Of a stretch of DNA of 64,000 nucleotides, positions 17,901 to 28,270 are shown piece after piece. The stretch spans positions 832,001 through 896,000 of the forward strand of contig CAXRHT010000002.1 of the NCBI GenBank assembly GCA_964230645.1. Direction: 5' to 3'. The notes beneath the pieces were generated by a model. The model was not told the origin of the DNA. It saw nothing but the letters and a program-made list of their open reading frames with translations, and did no database searches. Origin of the DNA: Bdellovibrionales bacterium (GTDB lineage: Bacteria; Bdellovibrionota; Bdellovibrionia; Bdellovibrionales; JAGQZY01). The first letter of the stretch is position 1. Each line of letters opens with the position of its first letter. Position numbers and translations under genes: made by a program.

Positions 17901-20900
17901 TTAGCGGATGGAAGGAAGGCTGTCGTCACCCAGGTTCACAGAAACCATTTTCGACACCCCTTTTTCTTCCATAGTGACACCATAAAGCTTTTCAGCAATT
18001 TCCATGGTGTACTTGTTGTGGGTGACCACAATAATTTGTGAACGCTTAGCCATCTCACGCACTAGATCGTTAAATCTCATAACGTTAGCATCATCAAGTG
18101 GGGCATCAACCTCGTCCAGTAGACAGTAAGGCGATGGCTTCACAAGGAAGATGGAGAAAATCAAAGACACAGCCGTAAGGGCTTTTTCTCCCCCTGAAAG
18201 CAGAGAAACGCTCTGAAGTTTCTTTCCTGGAGGTCTTGAAACAATATCAATACCCATTTCATCTTTTTCAGGATCTTCAATAAGGATGAGTTTCGCCTCT
18301 CCCCCACCGAAAAGAACTGGGAAGACTCGTTGGAAGCGGTCGTTCACAGCTTCAAAAGTTTCTTTAAAACGTTTTGAACAAATGCGATTGATTCGATCAA
18401 TCACTTTGGTGAGCTGTGATTTCGCTTCAATCAGGTCACTGTACTGCTTGCTTAAGAATTCGTAGCGATCCGCTAACTCATCGTACTCTTCAATGGCTGA
18501 AAGATTCACTTCCCCAATGCGCCCTAGTTTTTCTTTGAGACTCTTCATTCGGTTTTTCGACTCTTCTAGATCACCTTCGGACTGAGCGTAAACACTCGCC
18601 ACTTTGGGAAGTTCCTTTTGATACTTCTCTTCGATAGCAGAAATCAAGTTTTGCTCTTTCATCTTGGCTTGTTCTAAAACAAGCTGACTCTCATTCATAA
18701 TCGACTGCTGTTTGTTTTTGTCAGTCATGCGACTTGAAAGTCTTTCCTGAAGTTCAAACATGCGCGAGTTGGATTCTTCAAACTCATTGCGCATTTTAGC
18801 CAGTTCTTTTTCCTGCTCTTCGACCTTGGCAATTTTATTTTCAAGATCGACTTTCTTTTGCTCCATCTGAACCTGGCTCTCAGACATCACTTGCATATTT
18901 TTATTGGACTCTTCGTCCATGCGGCTCATTTGCTCGCGCACCTCAGCCAAAGATTTCTCAAGTCTTGCGTGCTCAGCCTGAACACCAATTAGCTCTTGCT
19001 GTTTTTTGGCACTTTCCACTTGAAGCTCTGTGACCTCATCTTGCAGACCACCAATTCCAAGTTTTTCTGTTTCAAGTGTTTGAGTAAGTTCCTCAATTCT
19101 TTCTTCCAGAGCTTCTTTTTCATCAGTCATCTCTTGGATGCGAACATTGAGTTCATTGAGCTCTTCGATCTTTGATTTTTGGCGATCAAGGACTGAGTCC
19201 ATTTCTTTTTCTTGTTTTTCAAAGGCGGTGTTGACGTTTCGAAGCTCGACTTCCGCTCTTTCAAGATCCTTTTTAAGACCAGCCACAAGAATTTCTTTTT
19301 CTGTGTTTTCTTGTTGAGCTTTTTCTAGGTTCTGCTCAACTTGCTTAACCTTGCCTTCCACCGTTTTCATGGTGGCAGTGGCAAGCGCTAGTTTTCCTGA
19401 CCATTCTTCTTTGGCTTTTTTAAGCTCATCGATTTCACGCTCACGCTTTAGCACTCCAGAAGAGGCATCCCCTTTGTATCCACCACTGAGCATTCCCTCA
19501 GGAGTGACTACGTCACCCTCTTGGGTCACAAAAGTCCACGCGGGAAACTGACCTCTCAAATCAAGGCCTGCGCGAATATTTTCAACGACTGCAACATTGT
19601 CTAATAGGTTGCCCACTACCTGTTGATGCTTCTCAGGAACTTGAATGACTTCAGTGAGGAGGTTTTTAACCCCATTCATGCTCTTAACTAAATTTGGCTC
19701 AGAACCATCGTGGGTTTCGAGCATCTGTCCGCTGGCATTGTAGAAAGTGGAGCGACCTGATTTTTGCTCTTTTAAATACTCAACCGCCTCAAGGGATTTC
19801 TCTTGATTCTCGGAGACAAGCATTTGCAGCTTTGGCCCAAGGACAGCTTCCATGGCCACTTCGTACTCTTCAGGAACACGAACGATATCAGAAACAGGAA
19901 GAAAACTTCTTCGGGCTTCTTTTTCCTCTTCGCTGAGTCCTTCAAGGCTTTCTTTCTGCCAAAACATGACAGACTTAACACCCTCTTGGAATCCTTCAAA
20001 GTTATCACGCAAGTTTTCAAGACCATAGAGTCTTGAGACAACTTCGTTGAGCTTGTCTTTAAACTCAACCACCTCTTCTTCTTTGACGGAATATTCGTTC
20101 TGGAGAGCTTCTTTTTGTTCTTTAAGAGCATCCACATCATTGAGGATTTCCATTTGAGTCTGACGCTCTCTTTCGAAGTTATCGAAAATCTTTTTGTGAT
20201 TGTCGCCAAACTCTTTTTTCTTCTCTTCAAGCTCGTCCATCACAGAGCGCACTTGATTCACTTCTCTTTCAAGATTAGAAACAGCCTCTTCGAGACTTCC
20301 AAGCTTTGAGCGCGTCTGGTTCTCAGCCCCTGTTAAAGAAAGATGCTCTCTTCTTTTATCACTGAGTTCGTTATCGCACTCATCAATAAGGACTTTTCTT
20401 TCCTCGTAATGAGATTTTTTAGACTCATACTTTTCTTTGAGGTCGCTTGCCACCTGCTCGATGTTTCCAAGCTTTTCACTCACCTCGGAGAATTCTTTTG
20501 AGAGGGTTTCCTCACGAATTTGGTTTTCTCCAATAAGGGAGCCCGTCATTTCTTTTGAACGCTTGGCCTGCTCGATTTCAAAACGCAGTTCTTGAATTTC
20601 GTTTTCTAAATTACGGACCTTGTCTTGATTTTCTTTAAGCTCCCCACGGAACTCTTCAATGGCTTTCTCACCTTCGACGGCTCCACCGCGAAGACCCGAG
20701 AGCTCGGCCTCAAGTTTTGAGACTTCAGCTTCTGTTTCAACAGACTGAGACTGAGCTTGATCAAAATTTCTTTGAGCTTCATCCGATTTTTCTTTGAGTT
20801 CCACGTACTCTTTTGAGGAAATCCAAAGTTCGATATCTTCAATCTCTTGTTTTAACTTTCTATACCTTTCTGCTCTTTGCGCCTGACGTTGCAAGCTATC

Positions 20901-21515
20901 CAATTGGCGCTTTAGCTCTCCAATAATGTCTTGCAGACGAACCAAGTTAGCGTCAGTGGCTTTTAGTTTTCTTTGGGATTCTCTTTTGCGGGCTTTAAAT
21001 TTTGTGATCCCGGCGGCCTCTTCAATAAGAACGCGTCTTTCCTCAGGCTTTGAGGTTACGATTTTACCAATCGCCCCCTGCTCGATAATACTAAAACCTT
21101 TGGAACCTGCACCCGTATCCATAAAGATTTCGTGAATATCACGAAGGCGGGCTGGTTGTTTATTGACTAGATATTCGGACTCTCCAGAACGGTGAAGTCT
21201 TCTTGTCACCATCACTTCAGAATGGTTGAGATATTTAACAGGAAAAGGACCGCCGTCGTTTTCAAGTGTAAGAGAGACCTCACACATTCCTAGAGGCGAG
21301 TAGCCCTCAGCCCCTGCAAAGATAACATCTTCCATGCTTGATCCACGCAGGTGTTTGGCTGACATCTCACCCATGACCCAAACCAAGGCATCCACAATAT
21401 TCGACTTTCCACAACCATTGGGTCCGACCACACCCGTGATCCCAGCATCAAACTGAATCACTGTGCGGTCTTTGAACGACTTAAAACCCACCAGCTCTAA
21501 CTTCTTAATTCGCAA
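17901..21515 (-). CDS. smc: Chromosome segregation protein SMC
   Basis: GFKSF, GPNGCGKSN, long coiled coils with hinge, LSGGEKA, LLDEVDAPLD. Confidence 0.98.
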   Translation of the reverse strand: MRIKKLELVGFKSFKDRTVIQFDAGITGVVGPNGCGKSNIVDALVWVMGEMSAKHLRGSSMEDVIFAGAEGYSPLGMCEVSLTLENDGGPFPVKYLNHSEVMVTRRLHRSGESEYLVNKQPARLRDIHEIFMDTGAGSKGFSIIEQGAIGKIVTSKPEERRVLIEEAAGITKFKARKRESQRKLKATDANLVRLQDIIGELKRQLDSLQRQAQRAERYRKLKQEIEDIELWISSKEYVELKEKSDEAQRNFDQAQSQSVETEAEVSKLEAELSGLRGGAVEGEKAIEEFRGELKENQDKVRNLENEIQELRFEIEQAKRSKEMTGSLIGENQIREETLSKEFSEVSEKLGNIEQVASDLKEKYESKKSHYEERKVLIDECDNELSDKRREHLSLTGAENQTRSKLGSLEEAVSNLEREVNQVRSVMDELEEKKKEFGDNHKKIFDNFERERQTQMEILNDVDALKEQKEALQNEYSVKEEEVVEFKDKLNEVVSRLYGLENLRDNFEGFQEGVKSVMFWQKESLEGLSEEEKEARRSFLPVSDIVRVPEEYEVAMEAVLGPKLQMLVSENQEKSLEAVEYLKEQKSGRSTFYNASGQMLETHDGSEPNLVKSMNGVKNLLTEVIQVPEKHQQVVGNLLDNVAVVENIRAGLDLRGQFPAWTFVTQEGDVVTPEGMLSGGYKGDASSGVLKREREIDELKKAKEEWSGKLALATATMKTVEGKVKQVEQNLEKAQQENTEKEILVAGLKKDLERAEVELRNVNTAFEKQEKEMDSVLDRQKSKIEELNELNVRIQEMTDEKEALEERIEELTQTLETEKLGIGGLQDEVTELQVESAKKQQELIGVQAEHARLEKSLAEVREQMSRMDEESNKNMQVMSESQVQMEQKKVDLENKIAKVEEQEKELAKMRNEFEESNSRMFELQERLSSRMTDKNKQQSIMNESQLVLEQAKMKEQNLISAIEEKYQKELPKVASVYAQSEGDLEESKNRMKSLKEKLGRIGEVNLSAIEEYDELADRYEFLSKQYSDLIEAKSQLTKVIDRINRICSKRFKETFEAVNDRFQRVFPVLFGGGEAKLILIEDPEKDEMGIDIVSRPPGKKLQSVSLLSGGEKALTAVSLIFSIFLVKPSPYCLLDEVDAPLDDANVMRFNDLVREMAKRSQIIVVTHNKYTMEIAEKLYGVTMEEKGVSKMVSVNLGDDSLPSIR

Positions 21516-21534
21516 TGTCAGTCCCCTTGATGAT

Positions 21535-24192
21535 TTACTTTAATGCGGCTTGCGCAGCGCTCAAACGAGCGATTGGTACCCGAAAAGGCGAACAGCTGAC
21601 ATAGTCCATTCCCGCACTGGCGAAGAATTGAATGCTGGCTGGGTCCCCCCCATGTTCACCACAGATACCGACTTTTAAGTCTGGCTTGTTGCCTCGACCA
21701 AGGTCAACTCCCATTTTCACTAATTTCCCAACGCCACTCTTATCAAGCGAGACAAAGGGATCGACGCTGTAAATACCCTTAGAAACGTAAGTATTCAAAA
21801 ATCGACCGGAGTCGTCTCTTGAAAGCCCTAAGGTGGTCTGCGTCAAATCGTTGGTTCCAAAGCTAAAAAAGTCAGCAAATTCAGCGACTTCATCGGCCGT
21901 GACCGCGGCCCGTGGCAGCTCAATCATGGTTCCCACTAAGAATTTGAACTCAGTTTCAGTCTCTTGCTGAACCTTTTCTACTGTCTTAATTGTGAGTTCT
22001 CTTAATAACGAAAGCTCTTTGGCCTCACCCACAAGTGGAATCATGATCTCAGGGATCACAGTTTTGCCCTCTTTTGTGAGTTGAGCGGTAGCTTCCGCAA
22101 TGGCTCTGGCCTGCATGGCGTAAACTTCTGGATAAGTGATCGCCAAGCGACACCCTCTATGACCAAGCATGGGATTGAACTCATGAAGCACTTTGACTTT
22201 TGTTCTTAAATCACTAAAGGGAACATCCAAGCGCTGGGCGAGCTCTTTAGCCTCTTCATCATTATGGGGAAGAAACTCGTGCAGAGGTGGATCAAGAAGA
22301 CGGATGGTTACGGGGCGATCACCCATGACTTTTAGAATTCCGTAGAAATCCTCTCTTTGCATGGGAAGAAGCTTAGAAAGAGCACTTTGTCTTTCCTCAC
22401 GGTTTTCTGCCAAAATCATGCGTCTCATCCAGTCAATTCTTTCAGGCGCAAAAAACATATGCTCGGTTCGACAAAGTCCAATGCCTTCGGCTCCAAACTC
22501 AATAGCGGTTTGGGCGTCAGCCGGAGTATCGGCGTTGGTGCGAACTTTTAATTTTCTCACTTTATCAGCGATTTCCATGATGCGCTCAAAAGGTCCTTCC
22601 AATTGAGGAGGGATGGTTTTTACCTCACCAAGGAAAACCTCTCCCGTGGCACCATCAAGGGTGATGATCTCCCCTTCTTTCACCACATAGCCATTGGCGC
22701 GGAATTCTTTTTCTCTTTCGTTGACACTCACTTCTCCGCAACCGGCCACACAGCATTTTCCCATACCACGGGCCACCACAGCGGCGTGAGAGGTCATGCC
22801 TCCTCGGGAAGTTAATATTCCTTCCGCGGCCACCATACCCTCAATATCTTCAGGTGAAGTTTCAACGCGCACAAGAATCACTTTTTCGCCGCGCTCTTTC
22901 CACTCCACCGCTTCTTCACTGGTGAAAACTACCTTTCCAGAGACCCCTCCAGGACTTGCAGGGAGACCCTTGGCCATTTTTGTTCTCTCAGACTCGGGGT
23001 CTAATGTCGGATGCAGAAGCTGATCAAGACTTGAGGGTTCAATCCTAAGGATCGCTTCTTTTTCATCAATTAACTTTTCATCGATCATGTCGGTGGCAAT
23101 TCTTAAGGCCGCGCGCGCGGTCCTCTTACCGTTACGAGTTTGCAGCATCCACAGCTGATTTCTCTCGATCGTAAACTCAATATCCTGCATATCACGGTAA
23201 TGCGCTTCAAGCTTTTGATAAGTTTCTACAAGCTCCTTAAAAACTTCCGGACACTCTTCTTCAAGAGAGTTAAGACCTGTGCCTTCGGCAGACTTTTTAG
23301 TAAGAGGCTGAGGTGTACGAATTCCCGCCACCACGTCTTCCCCTTGCGCATTCATAAGATATTCGCCAAAGAAGATTTTCTCTCCGGTTGAAGGGTCTCT
23401 AGTGAAAGCCACACCCGTGCCTGAGTCCTCACCGAGGTTACCAAAAACCATAGATTGAACATTCACGGCCGTTCCCCACTCATCGGGAATGGCATTCAAA
23501 CGGCGATAGGTGATCGCACGGTCATTGTTCCAACTGGAAAACACCGCTTCAATGGCTCCCCAAAGTTGCTCCATGGGGTCCATAGGAAAAGTTTTGGCAG
23601 TGGTATCAGCAATTTGAGATTTGAACTGCTCAACAAGGGATTTTAAATCGTCGACTGTGAGGTCGGTGTCTTTCTCGTATTTTTTAGCATCTTTTAAGTC
23701 TTCAAGAGTCATCTCAAGAAGGGAGGTGTTCATCCCCATCACAACATTAGAATACATTTGAATGAAACGTCGGTAAGAGTCCCAAGCAAAACGCTCGTTA
23801 TCACTCGAGTCCGCCAGTCCCTGAACCGTTTCATCGTTAAGCCCAAGATTCAAAATAGTGTCCATCATCCCTGGCATAGAGGCTCTCGCTCCAGAACGCA
23901 CACTCACAAGCAGAGGGTTTTTAGTGTCACCAAACTTTTTACCAATTTTTTCTTCGACTCTTTTAAGAGCTTTTTCCACTTCCTCACAGACGGGCTTTGG
24001 AAGTTTTTCCCCTTGATTGTAAAACTCGTTACAAACGCCGGTTCCAATAGTAAATCCGGGAGGCACGGGAATTCCGAGATTGGTCATCTCAGCCAGGTTG
24101 GCCCCTTTTCCCCCGAGTATGTTTTTCATTTTACTGTCGCCTTCGGCTTCTCCTTGGGCGAAAAAATAAACATGCTTTTCTGAAGTGCTCAC
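21535..24192 (-). CDS. ppdK: Pyruvate, phosphate dikinase
   Basis: [50 protein letters not shown]. Confidence 0.98.
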   Translation of the reverse strand: MSTSEKHVYFFAQGEAEGDSKMKNILGGKGANLAEMTNLGIPVPPGFTIGTGVCNEFYNQGEKLPKPVCEEVEKALKRVEEKIGKKFGDTKNPLLVSVRSGARASMPGMMDTILNLGLNDETVQGLADSSDNERFAWDSYRRFIQMYSNVVMGMNTSLLEMTLEDLKDAKKYEKDTDLTVDDLKSLVEQFKSQIADTTAKTFPMDPMEQLWGAIEAVFSSWNNDRAITYRRLNAIPDEWGTAVNVQSMVFGNLGEDSGTGVAFTRDPSTGEKIFFGEYLMNAQGEDVVAGIRTPQPLTKKSAEGTGLNSLEEECPEVFKELVETYQKLEAHYRDMQDIEFTIERNQLWMLQTRNGKRTARAALRIATDMIDEKLIDEKEAILRIEPSSLDQLLHPTLDPESERTKMAKGLPASPGGVSGKVVFTSEEAVEWKERGEKVILVRVETSPEDIEGMVAAEGILTSRGGMTSHAAVVARGMGKCCVAGCGEVSVNEREKEFRANGYVVKEGEIITLDGATGEVFLGEVKTIPPQLEGPFERIMEIADKVRKLKVRTNADTPADAQTAIEFGAEGIGLCRTEHMFFAPERIDWMRRMILAENREERQSALSKLLPMQREDFYGILKVMGDRPVTIRLLDPPLHEFLPHNDEEAKELAQRLDVPFSDLRTKVKVLHEFNPMLGHRGCRLAITYPEVYAMQARAIAEATAQLTKEGKTVIPEIMIPLVGEAKELSLLRELTIKTVEKVQQETETEFKFLVGTMIELPRAAVTADEVAEFADFFSFGTNDLTQTTLGLSRDDSGRFLNTYVSKGIYSVDPFVSLDKSGVGKLVKMGVDLGRGNKPDLKVGICGEHGGDPASIQFFASAGMDYVSCSPFRVPIARLSAAQAALK

Positions 24193-24209
24193 GCTTAAAC
24201 CCTCTTTGG

Positions 24210-25541
24210 CTAATTAAACTTGTTCAATTTTTCTTTAAGATACTCAGGAAGCTTATCAATACTGATTCGATCCTGCTCCATGGTGTCACGGTGACGGACT
24301 GTAACGGCTTTATCCTCAAGTGTGTCGAAGTCCACCGTTACACAAAAAGGTGTTCCTATTTCATCCTGCCTTCGATAGCGCTTTCCAATGCTCTGTGATT
24401 CATCATATTGAACTTTGTAGTCTTCTTTTCTAAGCTCATCATCAAGCTTAAAACACACCTCTTGTAACTCTGGCTTTTTAGAAAGAGGCAGAACAGCCAC
24501 TTGCACAGGCGCTACAGAAGGGTGGAAACCAAAAACAATACGAGAGTCTTTTTTGTCATCTTTTTCTGTGATTTCTTCACGGTAGGCATCACATAAAACA
24601 GTAAGGGCCAATCGGTCACAACCAATGGCTGTTTCAATAACAAAAGGAATGTATTTTTTGTTCAATGCTTGATCAAAGTACTCAAGCTTTTTACCACTTA
24701 AGTTCTGATGCTGAGTTAAATCAAAATCCCCACGGTTGTGAATACCCTCAAGCTCTTGCCAACCGATAGGAAGATTGTACTCGTAATCCCCAGCCTCTTT
24801 TGCGTAGTGAGCCAATTCCCCTTCACCGTGTGGGTGAAAGCGGATGTTGTCCATATTAAGACCAATATCTTTATAGAACTGCAAACGGGTTTCTTTCCAC
24901 TCCTGATAAAACTCGGAGTCTTTCCCAGGCTCTACAAAATACTGCATCTCCATTTGCTCAAATTCCCGGGTTCTAAAAATAAAATTCCCCGGGGTAATTT
25001 CGTTACGAAAGGATTTCCCTATCTGTGCAATTCCAAAAGGCACCTTTAGCCTTTGAGTGGCTTGCACATTCTCAAAGTTTACAAAAATCCCCTGCGCCGT
25101 TTCAGGACGAAGATAAACCACAGAGCCCTCATCAGCCACGGGCCCCATATGGGTTTGGAACATGAGATTAAAAGATCGGGGTTCAGTGAGCTCTTTGGAT
25201 CCGCAATTAGGACACTGATCGGACTCCAAGTGATCCGCACGGTGACGAGCCTTACAGCTTTTACAATCCACCATAGGATCAGAGAAGTTATCCACATGGC
25301 CTGAAGCTTTCCACACATTGGGGTGCATTAAAATGGAAGCATCAAGCCCCACAACATCCCGACGATGAGTCATAGACTTCCACCAAAGGTCTTTGAGGTT
25401 TCTTTTAAGCTCGACTCCTAAGGGTCCGTAATCCCAACAAGAATTAAGACCTCCATAGATCTCACTGCTTTGAAAAACAAAGCCCCGTCTCTTACAAAGA
25501 GACACCAACGTCTGCATGCTATCAAGCTTCTTAATTTCCAA
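24210..25541 (-). CDS. glyQS: Glycine--tRNA ligase (homodimeric type)
   Basis: [56 protein letters not shown]. Confidence 0.96.
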   Translation of the reverse strand: MEIKKLDSMQTLVSLCKRRGFVFQSSEIYGGLNSCWDYGPLGVELKRNLKDLWWKSMTHRRDVVGLDASILMHPNVWKASGHVDNFSDPMVDCKSCKARHRADHLESDQCPNCGSKELTEPRSFNLMFQTHMGPVADEGSVVYLRPETAQGIFVNFENVQATQRLKVPFGIAQIGKSFRNEITPGNFIFRTREFEQMEMQYFVEPGKDSEFYQEWKETRLQFYKDIGLNMDNIRFHPHGEGELAHYAKEAGDYEYNLPIGWQELEGIHNRGDFDLTQHQNLSGKKLEYFDQALNKKYIPFVIETAIGCDRLALTVLCDAYREEITEKDDKKDSRIVFGFHPSVAPVQVAVLPLSKKPELQEVCFKLDDELRKEDYKVQYDESQSIGKRYRRQDEIGTPFCVTVDFDTLEDKAVTVRHRDTMEQDRISIDKLPEYLKEKLNKFN

Positions 25542-25746
25542 TGATTGCTCCCAGGTTTAGAAAGGAAAAGCCCCAGAGAATGTGTAATTTTCTCCAAAAA
25601 ATCATGGCCATGAATTACCTTTCAGACCCCGGGAAGTCAATGAAACTAAGGGGCATGTAAGGCTCTACTGATTCTGTCAAATGCCTGTAAAATCAGCGCT
25701 TTTGAAGGCCTATAAAGAACCCCACCCCCTCCCAAATCACAACAGA

Positions 25747-25989
25747 AAATGTAAAAAGCCCGGCGCTGGTCTCCAAGTGAATTCAGAAGTTCGTAAAGCT
25801 TCAAGAATAGGCTCGAGCGGCGAGCGCTGCGTATCTCGTGAAGCAGCACGCAGTGATGCTCCACGGGAGACGAAGTGCACCCGTCCGCGTGCCTAGGCTT
25901 GAGGCTTTACGAACTTCTGAATTCACTTGGAGACCAGCGCCGGGCGCCCCGAGCCCTCGTTTTCGCTCCTGGCTTTTTACAGGATGCTG
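25747..25989 (+). repeat. Structured dispersed element copy B (long rod-like hairpin; candidate ncRNA or MITE/REP-like element)
   Basis: Perfect 42-bp arms 25758-25799/25904-25945, core 25808-25895 homologous to copy A, terminal IR TGTAAAAAGCC/GGCTTTTTACA. Confidence 0.88.
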
Positions 25990-26023
25990 GATACAGGGAC
26001 CGGTAGGCTGGATGCTGGATATT
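25982..26023 (+). repeat. Degenerate 7-bp tandem repeats
   Basis: GGATGCT GGATACA GGGACCG GTAGGCT GGATGCT GGATATT. Confidence 0.5.
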
Positions 26024-26028
26024 TGTAT

Positions 26029-26376
26029 TTATTTTTGGTTTTTTTCGTGGATTGCGCCGTAGGCCATCTCGAGGATTTCTTTGGATTCCTCATCGATGCG
26101 CTGGCGAGATTTAATATAGGCCATCTCGATATCGGCCATTGGGGCTCCCGCAGGGACTCCCAGGATTTCATAGGCATCCCACATATAGCCGTTATGCATA
26201 AAGTAAACATTGAGTTCTTCTTCGTCATTGATGTCCACGTCCTTTACCGGGGTGAACTTTACTTTTTTCAGATTCAAGAGAGTGGGTTTTGGTTTTTTAG
26301 ACTTACCCACCAAAAATATGAGCAAAAGGATGCCCACAACCACCGCGTTGAGAATAAAGAAACTTGAAGCACTCAT
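26029..26376 (-). CDS. Membrane-anchored J-like domain protein (no HPD motif)
   Basis: N-terminal TM; AYEILGV...IEMAY...EMAYGAI resembles DnaJ helices but lacks HPD. Confidence 0.7.
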   Translation of the reverse strand: MSASSFFILNAVVVGILLLIFLVGKSKKPKPTLLNLKKVKFTPVKDVDINDEEELNVYFMHNGYMWDAYEILGVPAGAPMADIEMAYIKSRQRIDEESKEILEMAYGAIHEKNQK

Positions 26377-26442
26377 TAGCTTGATTGTCTCAACCAGTCT
26401 GATAAAAGGGAAGCTATTTTGTGCTTAGCGTTGGAGGAAGGC

Positions 26443-27240
26443 ATGGCTCAACAAAATCCATTTGATCAACAGCAACCCATTGAAGGTGTAAAACATATTA
26501 TTGCCGTCAGTTCTGGAAAAGGGGGCGTTGGTAAAAGTACGGTGGCCTCAAACTTAGCCGTCTCCCTTCTTCAAGCCGGAAAAAAAGTGGGACTTCTTGA
26601 TGCCGATATTTACGGTCCGAGCCAGCCGAGAATGATGGGGGCCATTAATCAGAAGCCTGAAATCACCAAAAATAACAAGATCAAACCCATTGATCGTCAT
26701 GGTGTAAAAATTATGAGTATGGGATTTTTAGTCGAAGAAGATTTGGCCGTGGCCTGGAGAGGTCCCATGCTTTTTAAAGCCATGAACCAACTCTTTCATG
26801 ATGTGGAATGGGGAGAGCTTGATTTTCTTCTTGTTGATCTTCCTCCGGGAACAGGAGATGTGCAACTTTCCATGGTTCAAAAAGTTCCTGTAGCAGGAGC
26901 CTTGACTGTTTGTACACCACAAAACATTGCGCTCGCTGATGTTAAAAAGTCCATTGATATGTTTCAACGGGTGAACGTTCCCGTTCTTGGTGTTGTTGAA
27001 AATATGTCTTACTTTATCAACCCATCAAACCCTGATGAAAAGTTAGAAGTTTTCCCTAAAGGGGAACTAAAATCCTTTCTTGATTCTAAAAATGTTCCCC
27101 ACCTCGCCGAGATCCCTCTTGTTCCGCAAGTGGCAGCCGCCAGTGAAATGGGAATTCCTTGGACCGCTCAAAAAAGTGGTGAGCTTGTCAGTGAAAACTT
27201 TCAAAAGCTTGCTGAGAGCCTGATTGAAAAGTTTAACTAA
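26443..27240 (+). CDS. apbC: Mrp/ApbC/NBP35 Fe-S cluster carrier ATPase
   Basis: SSGKGGVGKST, LDADIYGPS, WRGPM, DLPPGTGD, GVVENMS; GGAGG RBS. Confidence 0.95.
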   Translation: MAQQNPFDQQQPIEGVKHIIAVSSGKGGVGKSTVASNLAVSLLQAGKKVGLLDADIYGPSQPRMMGAINQKPEITKNNKIKPIDRHGVKIMSMGFLVEEDLAVAWRGPMLFKAMNQLFHDVEWGELDFLLVDLPPGTGDVQLSMVQKVPVAGALTVCTPQNIALADVKKSIDMFQRVNVPVLGVVENMSYFINPSNPDEKLEVFPKGELKSFLDSKNVPHLAEIPLVPQVAAASEMGIPWTAQKSGELVSENFQKLAESLIEKFN

Positions 27241-27347
27241 CTAAAAATTAGAGGTTTTTCGTTGTTTCAAAAAGAGAATTTTTCCTTAAAAAAACTGATT
27301 GATAATAAGACAGAGCCCACTTTTTTTTAGGACCATAGTCTGACCTT

Positions 27348-27356
27348 TGCTATACT
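27348..27356 (+). promoter_or_regulatory. Extended -10 sigma-70-type promoter for the riboswitch RNA
   Basis: TGcTATACT about 18 nt upstream of the riboswitch P1 stem. Confidence 0.5.
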
Positions 27357-27373
27357 AATAGTTGTTCAGGACC

Positions 27374-27475
27374 TTCTTTCTTTGCCAAAGGCAACCTCAC
27401 GGAAACTTGAGTTGCGCAAAGCTACAGGGACTAAGGTACTTCGGTGCTATGTCAGCCAGCTACCAAATGAAAGAA
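27374..27475 (+). ncRNA. Cyclic di-GMP-I (GEMM) riboswitch
   Basis: AAAGGCAACC...GAAA...GCGCAAAGCTACAGGGACTAAGG...CTATGTCAGCCAGCTACC matches the GEMM consensus; P1 TTCTTTCTTTG/CAAATGAAAGAA; G at the ligand-discriminating position (27390). Confidence 0.88.
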
Positions 27476-27527
27476 ACCTTTTGGTAACCGGGTAAGGAGG
27501 AGATCATGGACATTACGCCCATTTTTT

Positions 27528-27562
27528 GCCCGCCTCCCCCCCCCAAGGCGGGCTTTTTTTTT
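27528..27562 (+). terminator. Rho-independent terminator after the riboswitch
   Basis: GCCCGCCT...AGGCGGGC stem followed by T9. Confidence 0.88.
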
Positions 27563-27645
27563 GCCTAAAACTCTTCAAGTGAATCCCTCTCCTTCCGTTG
27601 AGTCCAAGGTGGTCAAACAATCTCTGACAGATTACTATTAAAAAC

Positions 27646-28266
27646 ATGAATTTCTCTTGGTACCAAAGACCTTTGCGCCTCACTCTTGGCTTCCTTCTAT
27701 TATTAACACTTCCAACCTCTGGCTTATTGGCTAAGGCCTCTGAAAAAGCTTCGAAAAGTGTCCCTTCCGTTTCAGGCTTTGTTCTTTATTATCAACCACT
27801 GCTTGAATTCGATGAAAAGAACGTCAATGCTTATATTGACGCTCTTCGAGTGGAGCTGATGGAACACTCCGACCCAGTTCTTAACCGCCTTGTGACCGAC
27901 CCCAATCCTTCTCCCTACTGCAGCAAAAGAAACTTCAAGAGCTGTCTCTTTTTGATTTACCAAACCAAGGATTGTATCCCCAAAAAACAAACGCCTTCTT
28001 ATTTTTGCTTTGAAAAGGCCAAAGATTTTAAAAAGGATGCTTTCAAAGAGCCCGTTTTCAAAAGGATGGAGTGGAACCGCTGGGCTACCTCAGTAAACAA
28101 ACACTGTCTAAAGCGGCAATCAAAAACCTGTCACAGTCTGCACCGCTTAAGAAACTACTTTATGACAAAATATCAAGCGAAGATTCGGCGGGTAAAAAAG
28201 AAACGAAAAAAAGCCCTCAAAGATCCATTTTCAATCAAAAAACTAAAGAAGAAAAATCAAAAATAA
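27646..28266 (+). CDS. Hypothetical secreted, Cys-containing basic protein
   Basis: 206 aa ORF with signal-like N-terminus, six Cys and a Lys-rich C-terminus. Confidence 0.6.
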   Translation: MNFSWYQRPLRLTLGFLLLLTLPTSGLLAKASEKASKSVPSVSGFVLYYQPLLEFDEKNVNAYIDALRVELMEHSDPVLNRLVTDPNPSPYCSKRNFKSCLFLIYQTKDCIPKKQTPSYFCFEKAKDFKKDAFKEPVFKRMEWNRWATSVNKHCLKRQSKTCHSLHRLRNYFMTKYQAKIRRVKKKRKKALKDPFSIKKLKKKNQK

Positions 28267-28270
28267 ATCC

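Noticed and set aside
25646..26367. Short ORFs overlapping element B (25646..25864, 25681..25896, 25838..26062, 25927..26367)
   Set aside because: They cross a palindrome or are antisense to the J-like gene, with no recognisable motifs or RBS
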